Assembly: GCA_028534125.1 (NCBI GenBank)
Contig: CM052849.1
Location: 310,001-374,000, forward strand
Length of the DNA: 64,000 nucleotides
Reading direction: 5' to 3'
From: Lama glama
Taxonomy: Eukaryota
Positions within the stretch are counted from its first letter, which is position 1. Every line of letters starts with the position of its first letter. This document shows, in pieces, positions 32,950-45,100 of this stretch. The translations under genes were made by a program, and so were the position numbers. Under the pieces are notes generated by a model that saw only the letters and a program-made list of their open reading frames with translations, was not told the DNA's origin and made no database searches.

Positions 32950-35900
32950 ATGGATGACGAGCTCGACAGCGGAGTACGGAGAAGGGAGATCCTGGCGGAG
33001 CCGGGGGCGGGCGGTGAGACGGGAGCGGGAGGCTCGCGGCGAGGAGGGCAGAGGGCCGGGCGCGCAGGTCCCAGCCAGCCCGCCTGTCTGCCGTCTCCAC
33101 CCAGGGCCGGGCGCACGTGCAGGGCCCCGACCAGGACGGCCCCGGCGCTCCGGGCAGCCCCGCGGCCCCAGGACCCCAGCAGGAGGAGGAGGAGCAGGAC
33201 GCCGAGGCCGCGGGGCCTGGGGCTCCGCCTGGACCCTACAGTTACATCCGGGCGGGCCTGTTCACTTCGGAGATCTTCAAGTTGGAGCTGCAGAACGTAC
33301 CGCGCCACGCCAGCTTCAGCGACGTGCGGCGCTTCCTGGGCCGCTTTGGGCTGCAGCCCCACAAAACGAAGCTCTTCGGGCAGCCTCCCTGCGCCTTCGT
33401 GACATTCCGCAACGCCGCCGAGCGCGACAAGGCCCTGCGAGTGCTGCATGGAGCCCTGTGGAAGGGCCGCCCTCTCAGCGTGCGTCTGGCCAGGCCCAAG
33501 GCTGATCCCATGGCCAGGAAGAGGCAGCGTGAGGATGAGGGTGAGCCGCCGGCCCCACTGGCCACGTGCATCGCTGATGTAGTCACCCCTCTTTGGGCCG
33601 TGCCCTACGAGGAGCAGCTTGAGCGGAAGCGGTTGGAATGTGAGCAGGTGCTGCAGAAGCTGGCCAAGTGAGTGTGGGTGTGGGCACCCCGGCAGAGCTC
33701 TTGTCAGCTCCCTGCTCGCACAGCCCACCTTGTGCATTGGACATTCTCTTGGGGAACTAGCCAGCAAGATCCCTGTTGTTAGCACTCTGGACGTTGAGAT
33801 CCCAAGTCGGGGAGAGTGGCCCGGGAGGGCAGGGGCAGCCGGCTGAGCACAGCTCTGCCCTACCTTGCCCCGCAGGGAAGTTGGGAGCACCAGCCGCGCC
33901 ACGCTTCCTTGGCTGCCCTCACAGAGGCACAAGCACAACAAGGTCTGCTGCCCCCTGGAGGGGGTCAGGCCATCACCCCAGCAGGTCAGGCTCCCTTCTG
34001 CTCTCACAGAAGCTTTTCCTGCCCCCTCCCTGCTTTGCATTTGCGCCTGGTATTCCCCACGTGACAGGGGTTGTCAGCCTTGTCCCCTCGACCGTCAAGC
34101 CCTGTGGGGAACCGGGGCCTCGCTCAGCGCCATCTCTCACTGGCTGCGGTGCTCCCTCCAGGCAGGCGTGCACGCCAGGCAGGCTAAGGGTGGGCATGTC
34201 TCCGTTCCCCTCCGCTCTCCCCTACAGACCGAGTACCGCAACAAGTGTGAGTTTCTGGTCGGCATCGGGGTGGATGGGGAAGACAACACAGTTGGCTGCC
34301 GACTCGGCAAGTACAAGGGCGGGACGTGTGCCGTGGCAGCCCCATACGACACCCTGCACATCCCCGGGGCCACCAAGCAGGTGGTGAAGGCCTTCCAGGA
34401 GTTCATCCGGTAGGACACGTGGCTGGGCTGGTGGCTCCAGGACATTATGAGGCAGTCTGGGTCCTGCCTGGTGGGGTGGGGGGGTCCTGTGATTGTGGTC
34501 TGGTGGGTGTGGCTGGAGGAGGGCAGGGAGGCTGATCGTCCAGTCCCGGTCAGCAGGTATTAGGCATTCAGGGCTGTCTGTGGCTCCCACAGGTCTACTC
34601 CATACTCGGCCTACGACCCCGAGACGTACTCGGGCCACTGGAAGCAGCTGACTGTGCGCACCAGCCGCCGTGGCCAAGCCATGGCCATTGCCTACTTTCA
34701 CCCCCAGGTCTCCAGCGGGTGGCCTGCTTGGGGAGGGATGTCCGGGCCGGAGTGGACTGCGAAACAGCCTTACCAGTCTTCTCTACTGCCTGCTCCAGAA
34801 ACTGACCCCTGAGGAGCTGGCAGCGCTGAAGGCCTCTCTGGCCCAGCACTTCATGGTGGGGCCAGGCAAGGCCAGTGGGGTGACCTGCCTCTACTTCGTG
34901 GAGGAGGGACAGCGGTGAGTAGCCTGGGTGGTGTGGGGTGGGGCGGGGCAGGTTCCTGTGAGGACTGGTGATACTGACAGACCCACCCTACTGCCCACAG
35001 AAAGGCTCCTAGTCAGGAGGGCCTGCCTCTGGAGCACGTGGCTGGGGACCGGTGTATCCACGAGGACCTGCTGGGATTGACCTTCCGGATCTCCCCTCAC
35101 GCCTTCTTCCAGGTAGCCAGAGCCCCTGGGGGTCACAAGGATGCACGGACGGAGGCCTGGTATGACGTCAGGATAGGCGTGGGGTTGGCGGGCCAGATGG
35201 CAGTGAGGGGTTAGCCTGCCATGGTCTGGGAGAGCACCCAGGCGAAGAGCCACAAAGGTGTGAGGTAGAGAAGGGTCACAAGCAGTTCCTTTGTCACTAG
35301 TTAGACCCTGGGGACAATCCAGCGGGTGGGTCATATACGGGGCGGGAGTCGGGATGACGGGCTTTGGTGGGGTCATCAGTGCCCACTGCAGGGCTGGTGC
35401 TCCCTCAAATTCAGTACTCAGAAGAAAGCATGTTTGGGTGGGTGTTGGCACTGAGTTGTTTTCTAGAGCCCAGAGACTAGGCATGGTGGATGGGGGGGCC
35501 TAGGCAGTTAGAGGGAGGGAAGGGGGTGAGAGAGCCAAGGTGCCCAAGAGGATGAGTGCTTGGGGATGCAGGCACTGGGGACAGGATGCAGCCTGGGCAG
35601 CAGGGCTGCTCTTACGTCCTGGCCTGTGCTCCAGGTGAACACCCCCGCGGCCGAGGTGCTCTATACAGTCATCCAGGACTGGGCCCAGCTGGACTTGGGG
35701 ACCACAGTGCTGGACGTGTGCTGTGGCACCGGCACCATCGGCCTGGCCCTGGCCCGGGTGAGCCCTCCTGCCCTCCCCACACGTTGTCACCTGCCCTGTG
35801 ACCCCCAGCCTATTCCAGATCTTCCGCACCCACCCTCATCCCCCTGCACAGGCCTCAGGGTGGGGTGGGGTGCTATCGGTCTGCCCTGTCCTTGCTTCAG

Positions 35901-36854
35901 AAGGTGAAGAGAGTTGTGGGGATCGAGCTGTGCCAGGAGGCTGTGGAGGACGCCCGGGTGAATGCCCTGGACAATGGTGAGCCAGTGCTCTGTGGGCAGG
36001 GGGTCCACAACAGGAGGGCGGAGGGTGCAGGAGGGTCTACATGCAAATCTGTCATGTGCTCATGACACCTGGGGCTGCCCTACGGGAAAGTTTTTCCTAA
36101 GGTGCCTTCTGTGGGCTTCCTGACAGGCAGGCGGGGGGCCCATGGGGAGGGGGCCCAGGTCCCCTGGCAGGACTGCTGTGCTTATCTGCAGAGCTGAGCA
36201 ACGTCGAGTTCCACTGTGGGAGGGCGGAGGACCTGGTGCCCACCCTAGTGAGCAGACTGGCTTCCCAGCAGCTCGTTGCTGTCCTGGATCCGCCCCGTGC
36301 CGGACTGCGTGAGTGGTCTCTGTCTGGGCGGGGGCAGCAGCACGTGGGTGGCTCAGGCCTCCATCTCCTCCTTGAGGGGGGCTCTGGAGGACTCTCCCTT
36401 GAGGGGTGTGCATCTCCCCAGATTCCAAGGTGATCCTGGCCATCCGCAGAGCCGAGAACCTCAAGCGGCTCCTGTACGTCTCCTGCAACCCCCGGGCAGC
36501 AATGGGCAATTTTGTGGAGTGAGTGAGGCCTGGGTGGACTGGGCCCGACATCCAGCCTCCCCCCACCCCCCAGGAGTCCCTGCCAGACCCAGTGGCTGAC
36601 CACGGCACCCCTTTCTCTACAGCCTCTGTAGGGTTCCATCCAACCGCGTCAAGGGCACTCCCTTCCGGCCAGTCAAGGCTGTGGCCGTGGACCTGTTCCC
36701 GCAGACCCCGCACTGTGAGATGTTGGTCTTGTTTGAGAGGGTGGAGCACCCTCTCAGCGCGGGGGCCCTGGAGCCCCGGGATCCTCCAGCCAAGCCCCCA
36801 CCAGGGCTGCCAGATGACACCCCACAGGAAACCCAGACCTCCCCGCCTTCTTAG
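32950..36854 (+). CDS. TRMT2A: tRNA (uracil-5-)-methyltransferase homolog A, 12 exons, 621 aa
   Basis: Exons 32950-32973, 33105-33667, 33876-33984, 34228-34409, 34593-34707, 34799-34914, 35001-35112, 35635-35757, 35901-35976, 36192-36308, 36422-36518, 36623-36854 (1866 nt). RRM (FKLELQNVPRHASFSDVRRFL), AFFQVN, SAM motif VLDVCCGTGTIG, LDPPRAGL, catalytic YVSCN, DLFPQTPHCE. Confidence 0.96.
33266..33511 (-). CDS. RANBP1: Candidate upstream first coding exon of a long RANBP1 isoform, antisense to TRMT2A exon 2
   Basis: 82 open codons MGSALGLARRTLRGRPFHRAPC...FCSSNLKISE ending at a weak donor GAA|GTGAAC, in phase with RANBP1 exon 2. Resembles the recalled N-terminus of the human 278-aa isoform. 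Confidence 0.35.
34935..35000 (+). ncRNA. MIR6816: Sequence orthologous to the tailed mirtron mir-6816 (TRMT2A intron 6); expression uncertain
   Basis: TGGGGCGGGGCAGGTTCCTG resembles the recalled human 5p arm, and the element ends at the acceptor GCCCACAG. The 3p arm is diverged. Confidence 0.35.
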
Positions 36855-37058
36855 GACCCTGGGGCAGCAGAAACCAGCTTTTCCAGAACAGCACCTGGAC
36901 TGCATCACGGGCAGAAGCCCAGGGGTTTCCAGGGCCCTTCCCCGCCCCAGGACACAGGCAGCAGCTACTGAAGACCAGACCAACTGTCCCTGTAGGCTCC
37001 TGTGGCCGGCTATCCCTCACCCCCATCCTTCTCAGGCCAGCTGGGCCACAAGGGACAG

Positions 37059-37064
37059 AATAAA
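37059..37064 (+). terminator. TRMT2A poly(A) signal AATAAA
   Basis: About 205 nt after the stop, followed by a GT-rich tract (tgttgatgtttgtgt). Confidence 0.8.
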
Positions 37065-37557
37065 CAGGTGCCCAACTGTTGATGTTTGTGTTAAGAACCC
37101 AGAGCCTGGCACACGAGGCTTCTTCTGCCCTCCCCACAGGTGCAAAGGGCACCCCAAGAACTGGCCCAGTCAGAGCAACTCCCCCAGCCCCTCTGTGCCA
37201 TCAGGCATCCCAGCAGAAGTTGCTGTTGATAGAGTATCTACTTTTATGTTTAACTCAGAGAAGCAAAGATGTGGGTCTTCTTGGGGTGGAGGGCACAGCA
37301 CCAGCCCCGCTGACATTCCCCACTACAGGCAGGCCCAGGGCTTAGACATTCCTGAGCCTCATTCTAGCCCCATCCCTGAAGGGAGGCTATTTCCTGGTAA
37401 CACAGGAACTGGGTGGGGCTGGGACATTGCTTGGCGGCAGTGGGAACTGTTGTGTCCAGCCAAATGCCCTGGCCTTCAAAGGGTCTGGCTACTTGAGGGT
37501 CCACAGCCCCTCCCCCCACCTGTTAAAAGTAAGACAGACCATTTCTTTTTGGATAGA

Positions 37558-37563
37558 TTTAAT
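37558..37563 (-). terminator. DGCR8 poly(A) signal ATTAAA
   Basis: Plus-strand tttaat about 1.6 kb downstream of the DGCR8 stop, convergent with TRMT2A. Confidence 0.6.
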
Positions 37564-39148
37564 TTATGCATTTGGACAATCAGGGCTCGTCCTTACAGCC
37601 ATGGTCCAGCTGCCACGTGGGAAATATGTGGGGAGTGGTGGCCTCAACACAGGTTCTCGCTGCCCTCTGCCCCCGCAACACGACTGTTCACATGGCACTG
37701 GCACCTGCACACAGGGCACAGAGGGAGGGGGACCTAGGGAGGCCATGGCGAGGCTCGCCTGCCTCTAAGAACATGTGCACAAAGCTTTGGTTTGTGATGG
37801 TGCATCTGGCTGTTTTAAGGGCAAACAGTCCTGGTCAGGTGGTTATTCACAACTGCAGACAGGGCGAGACACATGAAAGTGTAATTACAGCAACTTGCCT
37901 GTGGGCTCTGTCCTACAAGGGTCAGCATGGGAGCTGACCCCGGTCACGTTGGGGTGAGGAAGGGGTGCCGCCGTGAGCACATGCGTCCTCAACAGGTGCT
38001 GGGGGGCAGGAGCCAATGGCTCACTACCACCAGCTCACATGGGGACATCCCAGGGCCCCAAGCTCAGCCATGTCCCCTGGGGCTCAGGGTAGGGACAGAC
38101 TACTGCACACCCGTCCACAGGGGCCACCTGGAGAGCAGACTGCTGGTCACCAGACCAGGCCACACAGGGTGGCTGCTCTAGAAATCCTGCGCCATCACAC
38201 GGCGCAGGACTCCTTCCACGTGTTCACGCCAGCCTGCAATTGAGAACTGGCTGCACTGAAGGTCCTTGTCTCCTCTAAATAAGTCCACAAGCTAAAATGC
38301 ATTAATTGTTCATATCTGCTACATGATTCCAAATCTATCTTCTACTCTCATCGAAAAAGTTTCTTCCCAAATGCTAAAATATCATAAAAGCTTTAAAAAT
38401 TGATGGGTGGAGATGGACTTCACTGTGCAAAAATTTAGTAAAAAGTTGCCAGAGGCCAGTGAGGATGAGGGGCCTCAGTGTTCTAAGAAGGCGTGTTTGG
38501 GGCATTAAGACTTGCTCAAAAAAACAAACAGCATCCCAGCCTGGGGCCAGGATGGCAGGCCAGGTGGGGCCAGGTGACTTCACCCACTGGCAATGCGTGT
38601 CAAGGTGAAGAATCATACACCTTGATGGTTTGCCTGCAATCTCTGAAAAATAGTTCTGATGCTGAAGCTTATTTTAAACTTAAAAGTTCTAAAATACTCC
38701 TTCCTATTGTAACTTTTTCAGAAAAGAAAAGAAAACACCGGAGGCAGGGAAGGGGATGTGGGGTGCAGGCGCACACTTCTGACCAGGGCCCTGCGGTGCC
38801 CACGGGAGCTGCAGGCACAGGGCTTTCTCATTTCATGTTATCCAACTATCACTGCTGGTCAGTGCACGTGATATACTAAAATTCATGGAAACCTTCATAA
38901 AACCGGTCTGGAGCAAGTCCACACGAGCAGAGACCACAGCGACCTTCAAGCTCTTGGCTTCCACTTGTGCGGAGGCTGAGTTGATGCTGGAACACGTCCG
39001 CTCAGACCTGGGGGTGGCCCTGGCTGTCCCCGTCTCAGATATGCAGCTGCAGGGGAGGACCTTAGACCGGAGCCCGAGGCTGCAGAGCAAGCAGTGTGGA
39101 CTGTCCACAGCGGAGCAGGCGGCCTTGAGCCCGGTCCTGCCGCCTCCC

Positions 39149-42100
39149 TCACACGTCCACCGTGCACAGGGGCTCCCCACCAGGCTGCGCAGACGCCACG
39201 ATGGACATCTTGGGCTTCTTCCGTGTCTCCTCCTGAAGGACAGCCAAGGTCAGGGATGTAGGCGATGTGGGAACACACAGCCCAACCTTGGGCAAGAGGC
39301 TCTAGGGGAGGGGGGTGGGGTGGGGTAAGCCCAGAAGACGGGCAGGAGGGCAGGCCTGAGGGGTGGGCTGCCAGGCAGGAGAGTCTCCCTGAACGCCATC
39401 ATATACTAGTGTTCCCTCTGGACCAGGATGAACCCGGAAGCAAGAGATCAAGGTCACAGACACAAGGGACCCCATAGCTTCCCTGGCACGAGTCCCACAC
39501 TCCCTCACAGAACCCCTGAGGACCCCGGTGAGGGACCCACAGGGACCCCAGGTCAGCACACGGGAGGCCAGGGCTGCCAGGTCTCAAATTTAACCAAAGA
39601 CCAAGTGCAGCCCAGAGGCAGGCAGGCCTGATGTGTGAGGACGGTGGGCCCCAGGCCTCACCCTCTCCTCTGCCAGCCTCCGCATCTCCTCTTGCAGCTT
39701 GCTCAGGATGTGCAGGTTTGGCTTGTTCTTCCGGGCAAACTGCTGCAACTCAATCACGCTCTTGTCCGAGGTCTCCTGGGGAGCAGGACCTTGCTGACGG
39801 GACAGCCCGGGGCCCCAGGCACACCGGCCAGCCCACCCTCAACCCATATGCAGGCCAACACAGTCCCCGCTCCCTTGCTGACCATGTCACCCCCACATGG
39901 CCTCCTCCCTGCACAGAGCAGCCTCTGCTCCTGCCCTGGGCATAGCCCCCGACAGCCAGTGCCCCGACAGGGCACTCTGTGCCCAGAGCCCTCAGACTGA
40001 AGTGACCAGAGCAGAGTCTTCCCAGCAGGACAGCACTTGGGGCCAGTGTCGCCTCCCTCGCCTGCCCTGTCATGCCCAGAACAAGGAGCTCTGCAGGGAC
40101 AGCCTCAGGGCCCACAGCATGGTCCTAGGGGTCACCACCTGCAGCCCCTACCCCCTACGCCCACCACTTACTGGGGTGCCAACGATCCAGACCACTCATG
40201 TTAACATCAGGGGGAAAAATCCAAGAACACAAACCTCACTTCCCTGTTCTCCACCCCAAAAGCACAAAACCTAAGGATATTGGCTAAAATCTCGAGATCT
40301 TGGCAAAACAGCAGAAACAAAACAGGTGACACACAGGAGCTGCCCAAAGGCAAACCGGTGCCAGTTGCGGGGGGAGCTAGGGGAGCCGCCCGGGTGCGCC
40401 TGCTCACTCCCCTCCCTCACCCACACCTCCTGCCTCTGCCTGCACTCCAGCCCCCTCCCCACGCAGCCTCGCCCAGCCAGACATGCCCCAGAGCCCAAGA
40501 GTCCACCCCTGACGGCAGGACCCCCGCTTACCTGTTTGACCATCTTGCTGCTTTCCCGGCCATACATGCGAAGCAAAGATCCCCAGTTCTTCACGTGTGG
40601 GTGCAGCAGCTGAAGGATTTTCTGGGAGGCTAACTGTTTCCCAACTCGCTTATTCTTACCTATGAGGAGACAAGAAGTCCAAACACTGGCCATCCCCAGG
40701 GCCACTTCACGCAGACAGGGAGAGGCGGCAGGTTCGGCCCCTGCACTGGGTGCCGCACCTCAGCCCCAAGGCCAGGTTCTGGCCCTGCCCCGTTTTGCAC
40801 AACAGCCCAGCAGAGGCTGTGGGAGGTCAGGATGTGTCCAAATCCACAGGGTAAGTGGCCTCCCTCCCACCACCCCCAACCTGCAGACACACACACAAGG
40901 TGTCCTGCAGGGCTGGCACAGGGGTGGGGGGCCGGGGGTGTGTCCAGAGGATATCATGTGCTACAGAGGTTTCCAGAGGGAGGTAAGGCAGGACCAGGGT
41001 CCAGAGTGGGTCTGGAGATACCTCTGGCCAGTGGGCCAAGGCCAAGCCTCCTCCCAGAGAGGGCCTCTGGCTCGGACAAGGGGTCACGGTGCCAGGACCC
41101 CTCCTCTGTCCCACGCCCTGTCCACCTGCTGGGGACTGGTCCCAGCAAGGACTGGTATCTGCTGGGGCACAGGGCACATCCAGGTCTGATGGTTATTCAA
41201 ATTCCCAGGACCTCTCTGTGCATTACCGTCTGACCTACCCAGCACTGGTCTTGTGTTTACAGGAGTTACATGAAGTTTCTTTTAAATAAGGTTATATCCA
41301 GAACCCAAATGAGGTGAGGAACACAGCCAGTGCCCCTGCTCCCTCCACAGGGACTGAGGGCTGGGCAGGGGCAGTGACTGTAGGAGGGAGCACACAGCCT
41401 CACCAACACGACCAGCCCAGGCTCAGGAGACGGACGCCCACAGCCACGCCTCAGGCTGGCTGTGTTTCAACATCAGCATGAGATGCTGGGCACAACTGCA
41501 GGCAGTCGGGACGCACAGCTGATATTGAGGTGATACCAGGGCAGTGGTCCCAGGGCCACTGAAAGTGTGTTTGGGGGTGGGGACTCCTTACACCAGCCGC
41601 GCACTGTGTGCTTGCCACACGCCATGACGTATTCACTCTTCTGGTTTTTACCAGGAACCACTTCAAACTTGATGGAGGTGTCCCCCATTCCATGGTTTCT
41701 GTGGGAGGAACAGCCGCTGACATCAGCTGAGCGGGAAGAAATGGCTCCTTCCAGAAAACCCTCCAAGGGCCCCACAAGACGCCAGCTCTTCTCCCCAAAC
41801 TGCTTCTCAGCTCGAGAGGAGGGGGTTCTGGATACACGCCCCCCAGCGGGGTGGACAGACGGGAGCGGTGGTGTGCGGGGCACCCGGGGGAGCCCGCCCC
41901 ACCTTTTAAGGCACTCATGGAGGATCTGGTAGGGAGACAGCAACCCGGCCTTGCTGGTCAGCTCGTAGACCCGCGAGTCCTCGATGCTGATGTGGTTGAA
42001 GTACTACAAGAGAAAGCAGCCAGTTGTCGTCCAGGACCGCAGCCACAGCCCCACAGAGCTGCTCCCATGGGACGTGGTGGCCACGGCCCAGGCCGCCTGC

Positions 42101-45100
42101 CCACCAGCCCAGGGAGCCTGCTCGGAGTCTGAGTTTGCTCAGACAGCTGGTCAGGAATCTCAAGATACACAACCTTCAGGAAAAACATGGAAATCATTGT
42201 GAGGTTACAGGAGGGAAGCTGACCAGAGACAACAGAACAGGAAGGTTCCCAGGGTGACTAACCCAACCAGTTTAAGAGAAAAAGGGAGTTCTGCGGAGCA
42301 GAGGCCAACATGGCCCACAGGTGGCTCTTGACCCCAGTGGCCCGGTGCCTCCCTGGCGGGGCTGTCTGTCTCGCAGAGCAGCGGTAACAGAGAACCACAG
42401 CGCTGGAGGGGCTGCGAACAACAGCCCCGTATCCTCTGGCTCTGGAGGCTAGAGTCCGGGAGCCAAGTGTTGGCCAGCCCTGCTCCCTTGAAGCCTCTCA
42501 GGAGGACCCTTCCTGGACTCACCAGCCTCTGGGGCCCCCAGCATCCTCGGCTTGTGGCTGCATCACCGCACCCCACTGTGGTAGCTGAAGGTGGCGCTGA
42601 TCCCGGCAACCAGAAGCTGCCCTCTCTAAGCGCTGCCTCCCAACACCCACATGCCCACCAGATTGGGCTCCTCAGTGCACCCAACATGGTCTTCATGGGG
42701 ACCGCACACGGGCTCCACCGACCACACCACGCTACAGGGGAGTAACTCAGCCTCCCACATCGCCCCTCCCTGACCCTGGGAGAGGGGGAGGATGAGGCTA
42801 AAGCCCAGCCTCTAACTGCACGGGTGGGTCCCTGGCCGCCAGCACCCCCCCCCGGGCCCCCCGGCATCACAGTGGGAACATATGAGGTGCAGCTGGGGGA
42901 CGCCAAACAGCAGGACATCCCTTCACCCTCAGCACCTGGAGCTACTACAGGAACTGGGGATACAAACCAAACAGGTACCTCTCATTACATCACAGTATCA
43001 CAAACATGCACGCACCTCAACACCGCAATACATGCAGCAAAACTTGACCGGAGAGACAAGAGAAACAGGAGAAACAGGACCTGCTTGCAACAACGGACAG
43101 CAGACCCACAAGGACCGACACAGCAACACCACACCAGCTCCAGCCAGATGTCCAGTTACTCTGCCCTTCACATGTGGCCACCACACAGGCCTTGATAAAC
43201 TTACAAATGCCTTCTGAAATCACACCAACCACAGTGGACTTACACCAGACACCAGTAACTGGGGAAAACTTTGGAGATTAACAAACATGTGAAAAGCAGA
43301 CACTCCTAAAATAGCCAGTTGTTCACAAAGGGAACCACCAGAAAGACTAGAAAAGTGCCTGAAGGTGGAATGAAAACAGAGACACAACACAGACTGAGGC
43401 AAAATCATGGGATGCAAAGTAGAACAGAGAAGAAAACTCATAGCTGTGAACTCTGTGTTTATAAAGAACATCTCAAAGCAATACCCTAAGCTTAAGGAGC
43501 TAGAAAAAAGAACAAACTGAACCCAAGGTGGGCAGAAACAAGGAAATAATAAAGGCTAGAGTAGATGTAAGTAAAGGATAAAAGAGCAACAGGAAAAATC
43601 AACAAAACCACAAGCTGGACCTTTGAAAGGATGAACAACAGTGACAAGACTTTAGTCAGACTGACCCTGGCCCAGTGGGGACTTCACGACCTCACTGAGA
43701 CCAAGTGGGTCACAGGGGGCACAGTGAGTGTGCATCTAGGCCCAGATGTTTCCACTGGGAATTCTATCAAATGCTGAAAAAAACACCAATCCTTCACAAA
43801 CAATTCCACACAACAGAAGAGGCCAGTATTCCCCTGGTAACAACACCAGAGACATCACGAGGAAAGAAATACAGGCCTGTATCTCTTACAAATACAGCTG
43901 CAAAAACCCTTAACAAAATACTAGCAGGCCAAATCCAGCAACACATAGAAGTGACTGTACACCATGACCAGGTGGGATTTACCCCAGGAAGGTTTGTTTA
44001 ACAGTAAGACGTCAACAAAACACACCCCCATGTCAGTAAAGACAAAAAACACGTGATCACTTCAACAGAAGCAGAAAAAACAAAACCCAACATCCATTCC
44101 TGACAAAAACTCTCAGCAAACAAGGAGTGGAGAGAAGCCCCGTCAATCTGACAGGACCCACAGTTCACCCCAGCTCCGTGGAGGCCGGGAACAAAGGGCC
44201 GCCAGCCGGCTGAGTCCCCCGAGAGTGGACGCCCAGAACCGGGAAATCCAGGGACAGAAAGGAGCCTGGGGGTGGCCGGGGTGGAGGGCTGGGAACAGGG
44301 AGGGTGGAGGTGACTGCTAATGGGGCAGGGTTTCTTTTGGGGATGGCTGTACAACTCTCATTCAGAGTTACAAAAACCCACTGAACTGCACAGTTTAAAA
44401 GGGCAAAATTTATGGTATACAAATTACACACCAACAAAGGTGTTCTAAAAAGAATGCAAACTTTAGAGTGAGAAGCCCTTGCTACAAATAAGCACAGTAT
44501 CATTATTTCCCCCAAAAAGTTTATGAGTAGTTTTAAATGGTTTTCAATGTAAAGGACAATGTCGCCTCAAAGGTCCCCTCCCCCGCAGATCCTGACTCAC
44601 TTCCCACACGTTTCCTGGCACTGGGAACTTCCACCACCCATTGCAAGACGCGGGGACAAGCGTCTCTGACAGAAGCGACCTCTCGGCCTGCATGCGCGAA
44701 GACAGGCAGGCCTCCTGTCACGAACAGGAGGCAGGAGCACCTGGAGGCTGGGCAGCCTGGCTGACGGGCGGGGTGGCAGCACTCACCTCCAGCTCCTCGC
44801 TGTCCTTGGGCTTCTCCTCGGACGTCTGTTTAACAAAGTCAGGGATGAGGATTTCCAGCGTAGCCCGAGCTATGGAAAGAGAAACCCTGAGGGTGAGGGT
44901 GAGGGTGAGGGTGTAGGCAAGGGCGAGGGCGAGGACAGTGGCCCTATGAGCCACACGGGGCCCCGTGGTGGGCAGGCAGATGGATCCGCAGGACCTGGAG
45001 TAGGTAGGGCCCCAAACGCCAGATACTCTGGGGAAGCATCCAGGGAGGGAGCACAGGGTGTCAGTGCCAGCAGAGTGGGGCGCAGGTGTCCAGGGGGGAG

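Noticed and set aside
32694-34040. 448-aa minus-strand ORF
   Set aside because: Codon-aligned antisense shadow of GC-rich TRMT2A exons and the CpG island, with no recognisable domain.
36523-37737. 404-aa plus-strand ORF
   Set aside because: Starts in an intron, is out of frame with the last TRMT2A exon, and crosses its poly(A) site; low-complexity composition.
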